Shown: positions 29,925 through 40,700 of the stretch, in pieces
Numbering within the stretch: the first letter of the stretch is position 1
Layout of the letters: every line of letters starts with the position of its first letter
Assembly: GCF_947581735.1 (NCBI RefSeq)
Contig: NZ_CANPVT010000026.1
Span: 8,841 to 72,840, forward strand
DNA length: 64,000 nucleotides
Source: Candidatus Palauibacter soopunensis
GTDB taxonomy: Bacteria; Gemmatimonadota; Gemmatimonadetes; Palauibacterales; Palauibacteraceae
Direction of reading: 5' to 3'
Translations under genes and position numbers: made by a program
Notes under the pieces: model-generated
Database searches by the model: none
Told to the model about the DNA's origin: nothing
The model's input: only the letters and a program-made list of their open reading frames with translations

Positions 29925-32027
29925 TCAGCCGCCCTCGCCCGGAGTCTCCAGGTTGCCGCTGTCGTCCACGGCGCGGCTGAGGATCGAAACCTCGCCGCCC
30001 GACGCATCCGGATCCCACGCGTAGCTCCAGTTCGTGCGGCCACGGGCCGGGCGCCACGTCATCCCGCCGTCCAGCGACACCTCGACGGCAGCGACCACGC
30101 CGCCCCCGGCGTCCGAAGCCGTCCCGCTGACCGTCATCAGGCCGCTCTCCGCATCGGGCCCGGAGGGAGCCTCGAAGGAGGACGTCGGCGGGACGTCATC
30201 CGTCGAAGCCGTGGCCGGCACCAGGTCCGCCTGGATCGTGGCGGGCTGCACGCCCATGTCCGCGAACACGTTGAGCGTCGCCTGCTGCAACACCAGATCC
30301 GGGCCGTTCGGGTCCACTCCGACCCGCGTGTCCATGCCGTTCTGGCGCTCGGGCGGGACGCCGGTCTCGGTGTCGTGGTGGGCGTCGAGGCCCCACGGCC
30401 ACTGCAGCGTCCCCGTGTCGAAGACGAGCGCACCGTTCTCGTGCCGGTACATGACCGCGTTGTGCGTGGCCGACCCCGTCTCGCAGCCCCGGCCCGGGTG
30501 GACGCAGTACTGCAGGTTGTCGATCGTCGTCGCGGAGAGCCGGAACAGCCCCGGCGGGCGGAAGCCGTTGTCGATGTCCGAGTCCCACTCGTGGCCGAGG
30601 ATTCCCTTGATCGACACGTAGCGCTCACCGGGCTGGAGCCGTGCGACCTCCGTATTGCGCCAGAACCTGAGGCCGGCGAATTCGGCGTCCACCATGAGCG
30701 GGTCGTTCCGCCACGCGTTCACCGTGAACAGCGTCCCGGTGAGGGCGTTCGCCGGCCACGGGCCCTCCGGGTTGATCGAACGGTGATCGCGGAATAGACC
30801 CGTCCACTCGACCGGATCGAGCTTCCGGTGGTCCTGCGATTCCTTGTAGGTCACGAACGTGCGGTACGGCTGCTCCGATCCGTCGATGCTCGGCTCCCAG
30901 CGCACCTTCCAGAAGATGTCGTTCGAACCGAAGAAGCCGAGGTGAACGCCGGCCGCGAGCGCGGCCTCCACGTTGCGCCGCTGCTGGCCCGTCCAGTACT
31001 CGTCGTGTCCGACGGAGAGGAAGACCTTGTGCTCGAGCAGTTCCTCGCCCCTGCGATCCGTATCGACGCCGGACGTGTAACTCACGTCGTAGCCGTTGCG
31101 CTCGAGCCAGCGGACCATCGGGTACTCGGAGTTGAACACCATGTTCACGGCCCGGTAGTGCCGGTTCTCGAAGGGCCGGTTGTAGCTCACTTTCGGCGCG
31201 CGCGGGGGTCCGCCGTGGAGCCGGAGGCGCTCGGGATTCAGGCGCCCGTACACGCTGTGGCCGCCGTAGCGGTTGTACGCCTGCCAGTTGAGATCCGAGG
31301 TCTGGAAGAGCAGGTCGGATTCGCCGTCGTCATCACGGACGACGAAGTAGATGTGGCTGGCGCGCGCCTCGCGCAGCGGGTTCCGCATCACGGCGTGGAA
31401 GCCGGGAGCTTCCCAAAGCGAGTCCTCGCCCGTCGGCGGGAGCGGCGTCGGTTCGAACGCATCGTTCTTCACCCAGCCCTCGATCGGGTCCTCGCGTACG
31501 AGCCGGGCGAAGTAGATGCCCGAAGTCGCGTCGTCCGGCGCCTGCCATGAGGCCGACACCGCCCAGTTGCCGCAGTCCACGAGCGGCGCGGGCCACGTCT
31601 CGAGGCCGCCCCCCTCGGCGAGCACCGGGATCGGAGCGCGCAGGCACTCGGGCTGGATCTGGGGCAGCGTCGCGGCGGGATCGAAGGAATCCACCCGGCG
31701 CGCCCCCATGCCGCCGTAGTAGCCCATGCGGTAGATGTCGATCCGGTAGTCGTCGGAGTCGGTGTCGACCTTGAACTGGATCGTCTCGCCCCGGTTGACC
31801 GCGATGTCGGTCCCGAACCCCTGGATGCTGGGATCGCCGTAGCCGTTGATGTCCCACTCCGTGGGCGGGTGCCCCTCGAGACAGTTTTCCGCCACGATCT
31901 CGTTGGCGGGATCGGCGCACGCCTCCTCCATGGTCATTTGGGGCGGCGCGCAGGCGCCCGCGAGGAGCAGCGTCGAGGCGGGGAGGAAGAAGGAAGACGG
32001 ACGGAAGCGCGGGCGTGGCTGGGTCAT
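29925..32027 (-). CDS. Paralog B of the dimethylformamidase-like lipoprotein (about 90% aa identity to paralog A)
   Basis: MTQPRPRFRPSSFFLPASTLLLAGAC lipoprotein signal. Collinear with paralog A along the full length. Confidence 0.5.
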   Translation of the reverse strand: MTQPRPRFRPSSFFLPASTLLLAGACAPPQMTMEEACADPANEIVAENCLEGHPPTEWDINGYGDPSIQGFGTDIAVNRGETIQFKVDTDSDDYRIDIYRMGYYGGMGARRVDSFDPAATLPQIQPECLRAPIPVLAEGGGLETWPAPLVDCGNWAVSASWQAPDDATSGIYFARLVREDPIEGWVKNDAFEPTPLPPTGEDSLWEAPGFHAVMRNPLREARASHIYFVVRDDDGESDLLFQTSDLNWQAYNRYGGHSVYGRLNPERLRLHGGPPRAPKVSYNRPFENRHYRAVNMVFNSEYPMVRWLERNGYDVSYTSGVDTDRRGEELLEHKVFLSVGHDEYWTGQQRRNVEAALAAGVHLGFFGSNDIFWKVRWEPSIDGSEQPYRTFVTYKESQDHRKLDPVEWTGLFRDHRSINPEGPWPANALTGTLFTVNAWRNDPLMVDAEFAGLRFWRNTEVARLQPGERYVSIKGILGHEWDSDIDNGFRPPGLFRLSATTIDNLQYCVHPGRGCETGSATHNAVMYRHENGALVFDTGTLQWPWGLDAHHDTETGVPPERQNGMDTRVGVDPNGPDLVLQQATLNVFADMGVQPATIQADLVPATASTDDVPPTSSFEAPSGPDAESGLMTVSGTASDAGGGVVAAVEVSLDGGMTWRPARGRTNWSYAWDPDASGGEVSILSRAVDDSGNLETPGEGG

Positions 32028-32176
32028 GGCTACATCTCCGGGCCCGGGTCAGCATGCGGACGGCCGACCCTCCGGCCGCCCCGTCCCCGCAACATGAGCC
32101 CGGAGTCCGAGGTCTACAACGCCTCGCCTCGCGCCCCACCGCTCGCGGCGCGGACGCGGGTTCTTGCCGCGGGCCG

Positions 32177-33673
32177 CTAGGGCAGTCGCAGGGCCTCGGA
32201 GTAGACGCGGCCGAAGCGGTCGGTGGCCTCCACCCGCACTTCCGCGATCCCCGGGTCGACGGGCGCCTGGAACATATGGTTCGTGATGCGCGGTTCGACC
32301 CACGATCGGCGCGGCGGGAGGTCGTCGCCCGTGTGCAGTTCGACGCTGAGCGGGTCCAGCCCGTTTCGCCGCGTCATAGGCCCCCGGGCCTCCCCGTCGG
32401 CGAACCACCGCACCGTCCACTCCGGGTCCCAGTCCCACACGTTCGCGACGACCGCCCCCGGCGCGTTCGGGTCGGCCCCCGGGGCGTACAGCCGCATCTG
32501 GTGCGTCGCGTCGAACCCCGTGGACTTGTAGCGCCACGAGATCTCCTCGCCCGCCGCCTCGTAGACGCAGTAGCCGTTCGGGGCGCCGTCCCAGCAGATC
32601 GGCCCGCTCCACCACGCCCCGCAGATCGCACCCGCCACGTGCTCGTGCGTGCCCGCTTCGAATACATGCTCCAGTTCGTGCGTGTGGCCCGTGAGGATGT
32701 GCGCCTGGAAGGGCTCCAGCAGCCGATAGAGCGCGTCGCGATTCATGATCGCGCCCGGCGGGTCGGGGGAGGTCAGGCCGCGTCGGACGTGGTTGCTCCC
32801 AAGCGCGGGGATGTGCGTGGCCACGATGACCGGCGCCCCCGCCTCCACGCGGCTCAGGTCCGCCGCCAGCCAGGTCAGCGCGTCGGCGTCCAGGTAACCG
32901 AGGTATCCGCTCCCGTGCCAGAACACGTCGTCGAGCACCACGTAGTGCACCGCCCCGCGATCGAAGGAGTAATAGCGCGGTCCGAAGTGGCTGGAGAAGG
33001 TGTCCGAGGAGGCCTCGTCCGTGGGGCTCTCCATGTCGAGGTCGTGGTTCCCGATCACCTGGAAGAAGGGGATCCCGATCCGGTTCACGCCGCGCTCGTA
33101 CTCCGGATAGAGCTCGAGACGGTCGTACATGATGTCGCCGTCGGAGATGCCGAAGACGTGCATGTCGCCCAACTCCCGCACGGTTTGCCGGAGGTCGGGG
33201 ACGGAGCGTTCGTGAAACCACCCCATCTCCTCTTCGGTCTCGGTCTGAATGTCCCCGAGGAGGAGAAGCGTGTGCCGTTCGTCCGACACGCCGAGCGGCG
33301 CGAGGTCGAACGCGACGGACATCCCGCTCCGCGTCGGGTCGATGCGCTCGTAGAAGCGCGCCGTGCCGGACGGGTTCGTGGGGATCTCGTATCCGGAGGG
33401 GACCCGCACCCAGACGAAGCCCCGGTCGGCCGAGGTCACGAGTTCGAACCGGCCGTCGGCGTCGGAATCCACGACCTGGAGTCCATCGGAGACCGCGATG
33501 CGCCCCACGCCGCGACCCCCCGCGCGGACCATCCCCTGGACGCGAATCGGGTTCGCGGTTCCGGGGAGGCGGGGAAGAGGATCGTAGGGGGCGGCGAGGA
33601 GAGAATCCGCGCGAGTCGCGAGTCCGGCTGCCGACAGGGCGCCGGTCTTGAGGAAGGTCCGCCGGTTCAACAT
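32177..33673 (-). CDS. TAT-exported calcineurin-like metallophosphoesterase with CarbopepD_reg-like N-domain
   Basis: Twin-arginine signal MLNRRTFLKTGALSAAGLA. Metallophosphoesterase motifs GDIQ..., GNHD, GHTHE. Start taken at the internal ATG 33673, preceded by GGAGGT. Confidence 0.75.
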   Translation of the reverse strand: MLNRRTFLKTGALSAAGLATRADSLLAAPYDPLPRLPGTANPIRVQGMVRAGGRGVGRIAVSDGLQVVDSDADGRFELVTSADRGFVWVRVPSGYEIPTNPSGTARFYERIDPTRSGMSVAFDLAPLGVSDERHTLLLLGDIQTETEEEMGWFHERSVPDLRQTVRELGDMHVFGISDGDIMYDRLELYPEYERGVNRIGIPFFQVIGNHDLDMESPTDEASSDTFSSHFGPRYYSFDRGAVHYVVLDDVFWHGSGYLGYLDADALTWLAADLSRVEAGAPVIVATHIPALGSNHVRRGLTSPDPPGAIMNRDALYRLLEPFQAHILTGHTHELEHVFEAGTHEHVAGAICGAWWSGPICWDGAPNGYCVYEAAGEEISWRYKSTGFDATHQMRLYAPGADPNAPGAVVANVWDWDPEWTVRWFADGEARGPMTRRNGLDPLSVELHTGDDLPPRRSWVEPRITNHMFQAPVDPGIAEVRVEATDRFGRVYSEALRLP

Positions 33674-33677
33674 CTGC

Positions 33678-35246
33678 CTACCTCCGTGCAGGGAGCGCCT
33701 GTCGCACTTCGTCCTCGGTAATCGCGAAGCCCACGGCCGGGGACTCCTCCAGCGTCCGCGCGATGTCGTCGGGCGCCAGCCCGAGCGCTTCCAGCCGCGC
33801 GTGGTCGAGGAACATCTGGTTCTCCGACCCCTCGTAGTACTCGACCACGCCCGGCCCGCCGGGGTCCACACGCTCGTTCAGCCAGGCCGTCACGTCGTCG
33901 TACGTGACCCACAGGTCGTCGCTCGCCGGGGCGTCCGGCATTCCGTGATCGGCCGTCACGATCAGGGCCAGCCCGTCCGGCCCGGCCTTCGCCTCGAGCG
34001 CCGCCGCGATCCGGCCCAGCCAGCCGTCGAGTTCCGCCAGCGTCGCATCCATCTCGGGCGAGAAGGGGCCGTACTTGTGGGACACGTAGTCCGGGCTCTT
34101 CAGGTTGGCGAGGAAGAGATCCGTAATGTCGTCCTCGCCGAAGGCGCTCCCCTCGATGAGCGCGACCGCCGCCTCCCCCTCGAACGCGGCGAAGTGCGAG
34201 GAGCGCCGAGCCTCGCCGTAGCTGTCGAGTTTGTGACCCATCCACGCGTGGTCCACGGCGTCGAGCCGGGGGCCGAATTGGAGCGCAGCCACGGCGGGCG
34301 GGAGGCGGTAGCAGTCCTCGTTCGTGCGCCACGCGCCGCTATCGGAGTCGTAGTACGCCATCCACGGCGGGTGGCCGCCGAGAATGCACGCCCCGTGGCC
34401 CGCGAGCGCCACCGCCGGGTAGTCCGTCCCCGCCTGCGCCACGATCTCGGCGCGGCCCCGGGTGGCGACGCTCCAGCGGTCCGCGAAGGTGAGCGCCATG
34501 AGGTTGTAGGGTGCGACCCCCTCGTAGGCCAGGCTTGATTCGCCGGTCCGCCGGTCGTAGAGCCCGTTGCCGACGATCCCGTGAATCGCGGGGTCCGTCG
34601 CCGTCGCAATCGTCGAGTGCGCGGTGGACGTGTTCGTCGGGAGGTAGTCGACCCGGGCGTTGGCGAAGCGGGCCCCCTCCTCCGCGAGCCGGCTCAGGTT
34701 GGGGAGGAGGTCCGCCTTCCGTTCCAGGTAATCGGAGCGCAGCGCGTCCAGCACGAGGACGGCGACCAGCCCCGGTCGCCCGGCCTCCTCGCCGTTCGCG
34801 AACGCCTCCCTCAACGGACGTCCCGTCGCGCCTGACCAGCGCGGAAGGCCGAGCAGTTCGGTCACGGTCGCGCCGACATCCTGGTGGGAAGCCGGCGCGT
34901 CGTAGACGCCGGGACGGAAGAAGCTCGCGCCGTGGAGGAGCAGCGGGAGGTCGCTGTCGTGGGGCCACGGCCCTCCGTGCATGAAGCGGTTGCTCTCGCT
35001 TCGGTACGTGATGGTCGCCCGCGGGTTGGGGATCACGGCGATGTCCCCCACGCGGCCGGGGAACCAGCCCCGGGCCAGCGCCTCGACGACCTGCGCGCGG
35101 CCGACGTCGGGGCGCCCCCCGGCCCCGCCGCCCCCGTCGCCGTCCCGGGAGGACGCGGAAGGTGGGCCGCCACAGCCGCAGAGGAAGACGGCTCCGGCCA
35201 GCGCGCCCGCTCCGGCCCGAGCTCGCCTCAAAGCGCCACCCGTCAC
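33678..35246 (-). CDS. Alkaline-phosphatase-superfamily nucleotide pyrophosphatase/phosphodiesterase (NPP-like) lipoprotein
   Basis: Lipoprotein signal (AVFLCGCGG). Type I phosphodiesterase/NPP-like core (LVLDALRSDYL...GHGM-like TADHGMPD). Confidence 0.65.
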   Translation of the reverse strand: MTGGALRRARAGAGALAGAVFLCGCGGPPSASSRDGDGGGGAGGRPDVGRAQVVEALARGWFPGRVGDIAVIPNPRATITYRSESNRFMHGGPWPHDSDLPLLLHGASFFRPGVYDAPASHQDVGATVTELLGLPRWSGATGRPLREAFANGEEAGRPGLVAVLVLDALRSDYLERKADLLPNLSRLAEEGARFANARVDYLPTNTSTAHSTIATATDPAIHGIVGNGLYDRRTGESSLAYEGVAPYNLMALTFADRWSVATRGRAEIVAQAGTDYPAVALAGHGACILGGHPPWMAYYDSDSGAWRTNEDCYRLPPAVAALQFGPRLDAVDHAWMGHKLDSYGEARRSSHFAAFEGEAAVALIEGSAFGEDDITDLFLANLKSPDYVSHKYGPFSPEMDATLAELDGWLGRIAAALEAKAGPDGLALIVTADHGMPDAPASDDLWVTYDDVTAWLNERVDPGGPGVVEYYEGSENQMFLDHARLEALGLAPDDIARTLEESPAVGFAITEDEVRQALPARR

Positions 35247-35265
35247 GGTCGTCGGTCGTCTCCCG

Positions 35266-36651
35266 TCAGCTGAAGTCGCGGCCCAGGATGACGGAGACGA
35301 TGATCGCCCCCACCGCCAGCGGCGCCACCCAGCGGATGAAGAAGCGCCACGCCCCGTAGTGGAACCACCGCGGCTCCGTGCCGTCCACGAGTTCGCGTTC
35401 CGTCGCGTTCCGCGTCATGAACCAGCCCGCCGCGAGCGTGATGGCGAATCCGCCGGTGGGCAGCATCCAGTTGGAGACGAAGTGGTCGACGGTGGAGAAC
35501 CAGCCCACCTTCTCCGCGAAGATCTCCAGCGTGGAGAGGAACGGCGTGCCCGTGAACGAGAGCGCCGCGAAGATCGTGAACACGAAGATAGCCGCGCCGC
35601 AGAGGACCGTCGCCTTGTGTCGAGGGATCCGGTGCTCATCGATCACGTAGCTCGACACGACCTCGAGGAGGGAGATCGTCGAGGTCAGCGCCGCGAGCGC
35701 CACGAGCACGTAGAAGAGCGGCCCCAGCACGACGCCGAACGGTACCGCGGTGTAGAACAGTTCCGGCAGCGAGATGAAGAGCATCCCCACCGGCGAACCG
35801 CTCACCTGGTCGCTCATCCCCGCCACCGAGAAGATGACCGAGAACATGATGATCGTCGCCACGAGCGCGATCAGCGTGTCGAGCGCCACGATCGCCCCGG
35901 ACGCCTTCACGATCGAATGCTTGCGCGAGATGTAGGAACCGTAGGTGATCATCGCCCCCATCCCGAGGGAGAGCGTGAAGAAGGAGTGACCCAGCGCCTC
36001 GAGGACGCCGCTCATCTCCAGCTCCCCGAAGTTGGCGCGGAAGATGAAGCGCATCGCCTCCCCGGACCCGCTCATCCCCAGCGCGCTCACGAGGAGGAGG
36101 AGGAGGATCCCGAACAGGATGGGGAGGAAGATGCGGGCGATCCGCTCGATCCCCTTGCTCACGCCGAAGTAGACGACCGCGATCGTCGCGATGCTGAAGC
36201 TGAGGGAGAGCGCGAGCTGGAGGCCCGCGTTCCCCACCTGCTCGTTGAACAGGTCGCCCGCCGCCATCCCCGCGGGATAGCCGCCGAACGTCCAGCCGAT
36301 GGACTGGGCGAAGTAGTACAGGGACCAGCCCGCGATGACCGTGTAGTAGCTGAGGAGGATGAAGCCGGCGAGCACGCCCCACCCGCCGACGATGCCCCAC
36401 CACGGCCCGGCCGCCTCCTTGAGCGCCCCGACCGCGCTCTTCTGGCTCCTGCGCCCGATGAGCAGTTCCGCCATCATGATCGGCAGGCCCACGGCGACGA
36501 TGCAGACCAGGTAGACGAGGACGAAGGCGCCCCCCTCGTTCTCCCAGGTGATGAACGGGAACTTCCACAGGTTGCCGAGGCCGATCGCGCTGCCGGTCGC
36601 GGCCAGCACGAGACCGACGTTCGAACTCCAGTTATCGCGGGGTTGGCTCAT
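35266..36651 (-). CDS. Sodium-dependent transporter, SNF (neurotransmitter:sodium symporter) family
   Basis: N-terminal NWSSNVGLVLAATGSAIGLGNLWKFPF signature and 11-12 predicted TM segments. Start at MSQPRDNW; the upstream 54-aa extension lacks TM character. Confidence 0.8.
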   Translation of the reverse strand: MSQPRDNWSSNVGLVLAATGSAIGLGNLWKFPFITWENEGGAFVLVYLVCIVAVGLPIMMAELLIGRRSQKSAVGALKEAAGPWWGIVGGWGVLAGFILLSYYTVIAGWSLYYFAQSIGWTFGGYPAGMAAGDLFNEQVGNAGLQLALSLSFSIATIAVVYFGVSKGIERIARIFLPILFGILLLLLVSALGMSGSGEAMRFIFRANFGELEMSGVLEALGHSFFTLSLGMGAMITYGSYISRKHSIVKASGAIVALDTLIALVATIIMFSVIFSVAGMSDQVSGSPVGMLFISLPELFYTAVPFGVVLGPLFYVLVALAALTSTISLLEVVSSYVIDEHRIPRHKATVLCGAAIFVFTIFAALSFTGTPFLSTLEIFAEKVGWFSTVDHFVSNWMLPTGGFAITLAAGWFMTRNATERELVDGTEPRWFHYGAWRFFIRWVAPLAVGAIIVSVILGRDFS

Positions 36652-36756
36652 GGGACATGTCCAGTCGGGCGTTATCCGGGCAGGGCGTCGCCGCCCCTGC
36701 ATGAGTTCGACGAACCAACCTACCCCGTCGTCACGAGAGGCCACCAGACGCGCGCC

Positions 36757-37713
36757 ATGCCGAACCTGAACGAAGTCATCCGGAGCACGCCCAAGGCGGA
36801 ACTCCACATCCACGTCGAGGGCTCGCTCGAACCCGGGATGATGTTCGACCTGGCCCGTCGCAACGGCGTGTCACTCCCTTACGGCGACGTCGAAGAGGTC
36901 CGCCGGGCCTACTCGTTCGGCAACCTCCAGGAGTTTCTCGACCTCTACTACGAGGGGATGAACGCCCTCCGGACGGAGGAGGATTTCTTCGAGCTTGCCG
37001 ACGCGTATCTGCGGCGGGCGGCGGCGGACCATGTGGTCCACGTCGAGATGTTCTTCGATCCGCAGGCGCACACCGGACGCGGCGTGCCGCTGCGCACGCT
37101 GATGGGCGGCCTCGAGCGGGCCGTCGTCGGTTCCCGGGAGCGGGGGGTCAGCGTCTCCCTCATCCTCTGCTTCCTGCGCCATCTGACCGAGAAGGAGGCG
37201 TTCGAGACACTCGAAGCCGCGGCACCCTACCGGGACCGGCTCCTGGGCGTGGGCCTGGACTCGAGCGAGGTAGGGCATCCGCCGTCGAAATTCGCGCGCG
37301 TGTTCGAGGCGGCCCGCGACATGGGTCTGCGACTCGTCGCCCACGCCGGCGAGGAGGGACCGCCGGAGTACGTCTGGGAAGCGCTGGATGTTCTCGGTGT
37401 CGAACGGATCGACCACGGGAATCGCGCCCTGGAAGACGACGCGCTCGTGGCGCGCCTGCGCGACGACCGCATCCCGCTCACCGTGTGCCCGCTGTCGAAC
37501 CTCGAACTCCGCGTCGTGGAGGACCTCGGGGCGCACCCGATCAAGCGCATGCTCGACCTCGGCCTCCTCGCGACCGTGAACTCCGACGATCCGGCCTACT
37601 TCGGCGGCTACATCAACGAGAACTTCCGCCGCGTCGCCGAAGCGGTCGACCTCTCGGTCGAGGACATCGAAACGCTGGCGCGCAACTCCCTCGATGCGTC
37701 CTTCGAAACTTGA
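36757..37713 (+). CDS. add: Adenosine (adenine) deaminase
   Basis: ELHIHVEGS metal-binding signature, SLNTDDP-like VNSDDPAYFG, and CPLSN. 318 aa. Confidence 0.85.
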   Translation: MPNLNEVIRSTPKAELHIHVEGSLEPGMMFDLARRNGVSLPYGDVEEVRRAYSFGNLQEFLDLYYEGMNALRTEEDFFELADAYLRRAAADHVVHVEMFFDPQAHTGRGVPLRTLMGGLERAVVGSRERGVSVSLILCFLRHLTEKEAFETLEAAAPYRDRLLGVGLDSSEVGHPPSKFARVFEAARDMGLRLVAHAGEEGPPEYVWEALDVLGVERIDHGNRALEDDALVARLRDDRIPLTVCPLSNLELRVVEDLGAHPIKRMLDLGLLATVNSDDPAYFGGYINENFRRVAEAVDLSVEDIETLARNSLDASFET

Positions 37714-37790
37714 CGGAGCGCGTGAACCTCACGACCGTCGAGCGTAGATCCCGATCCTCGGAGACCATTGATTCGTCCGATATCTGACGC

Positions 37791-40700
37791 GTGCCTCTCA
37801 ACGTAGTTCGAGCGCCGGCGGCGGCCCCGCTGTGGGAGGCGTGCGTCGACCGTTTTCTGGCGGAGGCCGCCGCACCGGCTGAGGCAGGCACGGGGGCGCG
37901 CGCGTGGATCTGGCTCAACCACCGGAACCTGCGGGATCTCCTGTTCGAGGCCGCGCACGAACGCGGCCTCCCGGGGTGGCTCGATCCCCCCGTCACGCTG
38001 TTCGGGGAACTGACCGACCGTTTCGGCATCCGGGAGAAATCCGTCGGCCTCCTCACGCGCCGCCGGCTTGTAAGCCGGGACGCGGCGCGGCTGGGGCGCC
38101 GGATCCTGGGGCGGGAGCCGGGCCGCGGGGACGGCGTCATCCGCGGGCACATGCTCGACCGCCTGTTCGGCGACCTGCTACCGGAGGGGGTTCCGCCGGG
38201 CGAGTTGGAGCGGGCGCTGGCTCAGCTTCCCGGGGACGACTTCGCGCGCCGGCGCAACGCATGGGCCGTGGCCGTCTACCGCGCGTACCTCGCTTCGCTC
38301 GAGAAGCGGGGATTCCTCGACCGGCGCTCGGTGAACGCCCGCATCGCGGAGCGGATCGAGGCGGGAGGGCTGGCGGCGGCGATCGGTGGCGCGACGGAGT
38401 TGCACGTGTACAGCATCGCGAGCCCCCGCACGCGCCGCCGCATGCTCGAGGCCCTCTCCCGGCAGGACGAGGTGGAGGTCCACCTCTACCTCCCGCTGGA
38501 GTCCGAACCGGATCCGTTCTTCGATACGCTGGCGGCCCGGACCGAGGTGATCGGCGCTCTCGGCGAGAGCGGTGATGGCGGCGGCGCGGGGCCGTTGGCC
38601 GTGCAGCCCGTTCCGGACGCCGCGCGGGAGATGGCGTGGGTGGCGCGGCAGGTCAAGGAAATTCTCGCCGCGGGTACCGCGGAACCGCATCGGATCGCCG
38701 TCGTCGCAAGGTCGGGTCGCGAGAACACGCACCGCGCGTACCGGGCGCTGCGGCGGGCGGGCGTCTCCGCCACGGCCCGCATCCGGACGCCGCTGGACGA
38801 GGTCCCGGCCCTCCGGGCTCTCCTCCTTATCCTGCGGGGGGCCGCGCGGAACTGGGACTACCGGTCGCTGCGGGCCGTCCTCGCGCACCCCTACTTCGAC
38901 ACCCGCGTCGATCTTCGGGGCATCGACACCATCGCGGCGCTCCGCCGCGTCGTGGGGCTCGATGCCTGGAGCGAGAATCTCGAGCGACTCCGCACCCTCG
39001 TCGCGGACGCGGCGCGAGAGATCCGGGGCCGCGGGCTCTTCGCCGATCGCATCGAGAAGGACATCGAGGCTTTCGCGGCCATGCGAGACGTGCTCGAACC
39101 GCTGGGCGAGGCCCGCTCCGAGGCAGCCTGGATCGACCTCACGCTGGGGCTCCTCAGGGAAGAACGCGGCGTGTTCCGGCTGAGGCGCCGGGTCTGCGAC
39201 CCCGTGGAGGAACGGTGGGAGGTCGTTCGCTCCGACCAGCGCGGGATCCTCCTCCTCGAACGACTCCTGCGGGAGTGGCGGGATCTCGACCACCCGGACG
39301 ATCCGCTCTCGCCGGCAGGGTGGCACGCGCTCCTCGGGAAGCTCCTGCAGACGAACGAACTCGTCCTCTCCACACCGGGGCAGAAGGGCGTCCAGGTGCT
39401 GGAGGCGCACGACGCGGCGCTCGTCCCCTTCGCCCACACGTTCGTCGTGCATGCGAACGATGGCGAGTTTCCGCGTGCGACCGGCTCCACGGGCGTGTTC
39501 ACCGATGGAGAGCGCCGCCGCCTCGCGGAGTTGGACCTGCCCGTCGCGCACCGGGACGAGACGCTCCGCCGCGAGCGGGCGCTGTGGCGCGCCGTCACGC
39601 AGCAGTCGGGCCCGGTATGGATCACCTACCGGACGACGGACGCGGGGGGGACGCCGCTCCTGCCGTCCCTCATGGTCCCCCCGCACGAGGACGCGGCCGA
39701 ACTACCCAGAGTCCGGCGCCCCGTGGACGACGGAGAGCCCGTGACGCCGGCCGAGGCGGATCGGCGGGCGGCCTTCTCCCTGTACCGTACGCTCGGAACC
39801 CCCGACTCGACGGAGCGGCCAGGCATCGCTCCCGCCCGCCCCGGACGCCTCGCGCGCGCGGTAGTGGCGGCCGCGGGCGAGACCCACCGCGGCCCCGGGC
39901 TCGAGCGCTATCCCGGATTTTTTGTCCCCGCGCCTCCAGCGAACGACGCCGGTGTCCTGCATCCCGCTTTTCGGCCGAACCCGTGGAACGGCCACCTGCG
40001 CGACCCCGACGTGCTGCGGGAGCTGGAGCGCCGCTTTGACGATGACTACCCGTGGTCAGCCGGCCAGCTCGAAGCCTACGCGCGGTCCCCCTTCACCTTC
40101 CTCATCGAGCGCCTGCTCCGGCTCGAAGGCGTGGAGGAGGCGGAGGAGGAGACGACGCCGCTCACGTTCGGCAGCGTGGCGCACGAGATCCTCGAACGGT
40201 TCTACGCCGAGTTCATGGATCGGCTCCCGACCTCCCTCGCCGGGCCCGCCGGGCGCCGCCTCGCGGAGATCTCCGAGGAGGTATGCGCCGAACGCGCGGC
40301 GAAGGGCGAGTGGCTCGGCGTCGCCGCTCTCTGGGAGCAGACCCGCGAAGGGATCGTGACGGGGGTGCGAGACTACGTCGCCTGGGAACTCGAACACATG
40401 GCGGAGGACGGGGAACGCCCGGTCCACACCGAGTTGCGATTCGGTTGGGACGACGAGCGAACGTTCGTGGATGGCGAAGACGTGCGGGGGCGGATATCGC
40501 GCCTGCGCCTCCGCGGCAGCATCGACCGGGTGGATCGGGTGGGGGAGGGGGCCGGTGTCCATCACGTGCTCGACTACAAGAGCGGTAAACCCCCGTACAA
40601 GACCTGGTTCGACGACGCGACCGCCCTCCAGGGTGTCCTCTACGCCCAGGTGATGGCCGACCGGGGCTACGAGATGTCCTCCTGCCGCTACCGGTCGATC

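Larger units (their letters stand above)
27676..32176 (-). repeat. Tandem direct duplication of a roughly 2.2 kb unit (gene plus its upstream region)
   Basis: The two units (27676-29924 and 29925-32176) are near-identical at the nucleotide level over long stretches. Even the antisense small ORFs 29288..29491 and 31516..31719 translate to near-identical peptides. The upstream regions share CCGCAACATG...GTCTACAACG. Confidence 0.85.

Noticed and set aside
38178-39686. 502-aa minus-strand ORF and neighbouring 38636..40039 plus-strand alternative-frame ORF
   Set aside because: Both lie within the addB-like gene in other frames or strands and are Arg/Gly-rich with no motifs.
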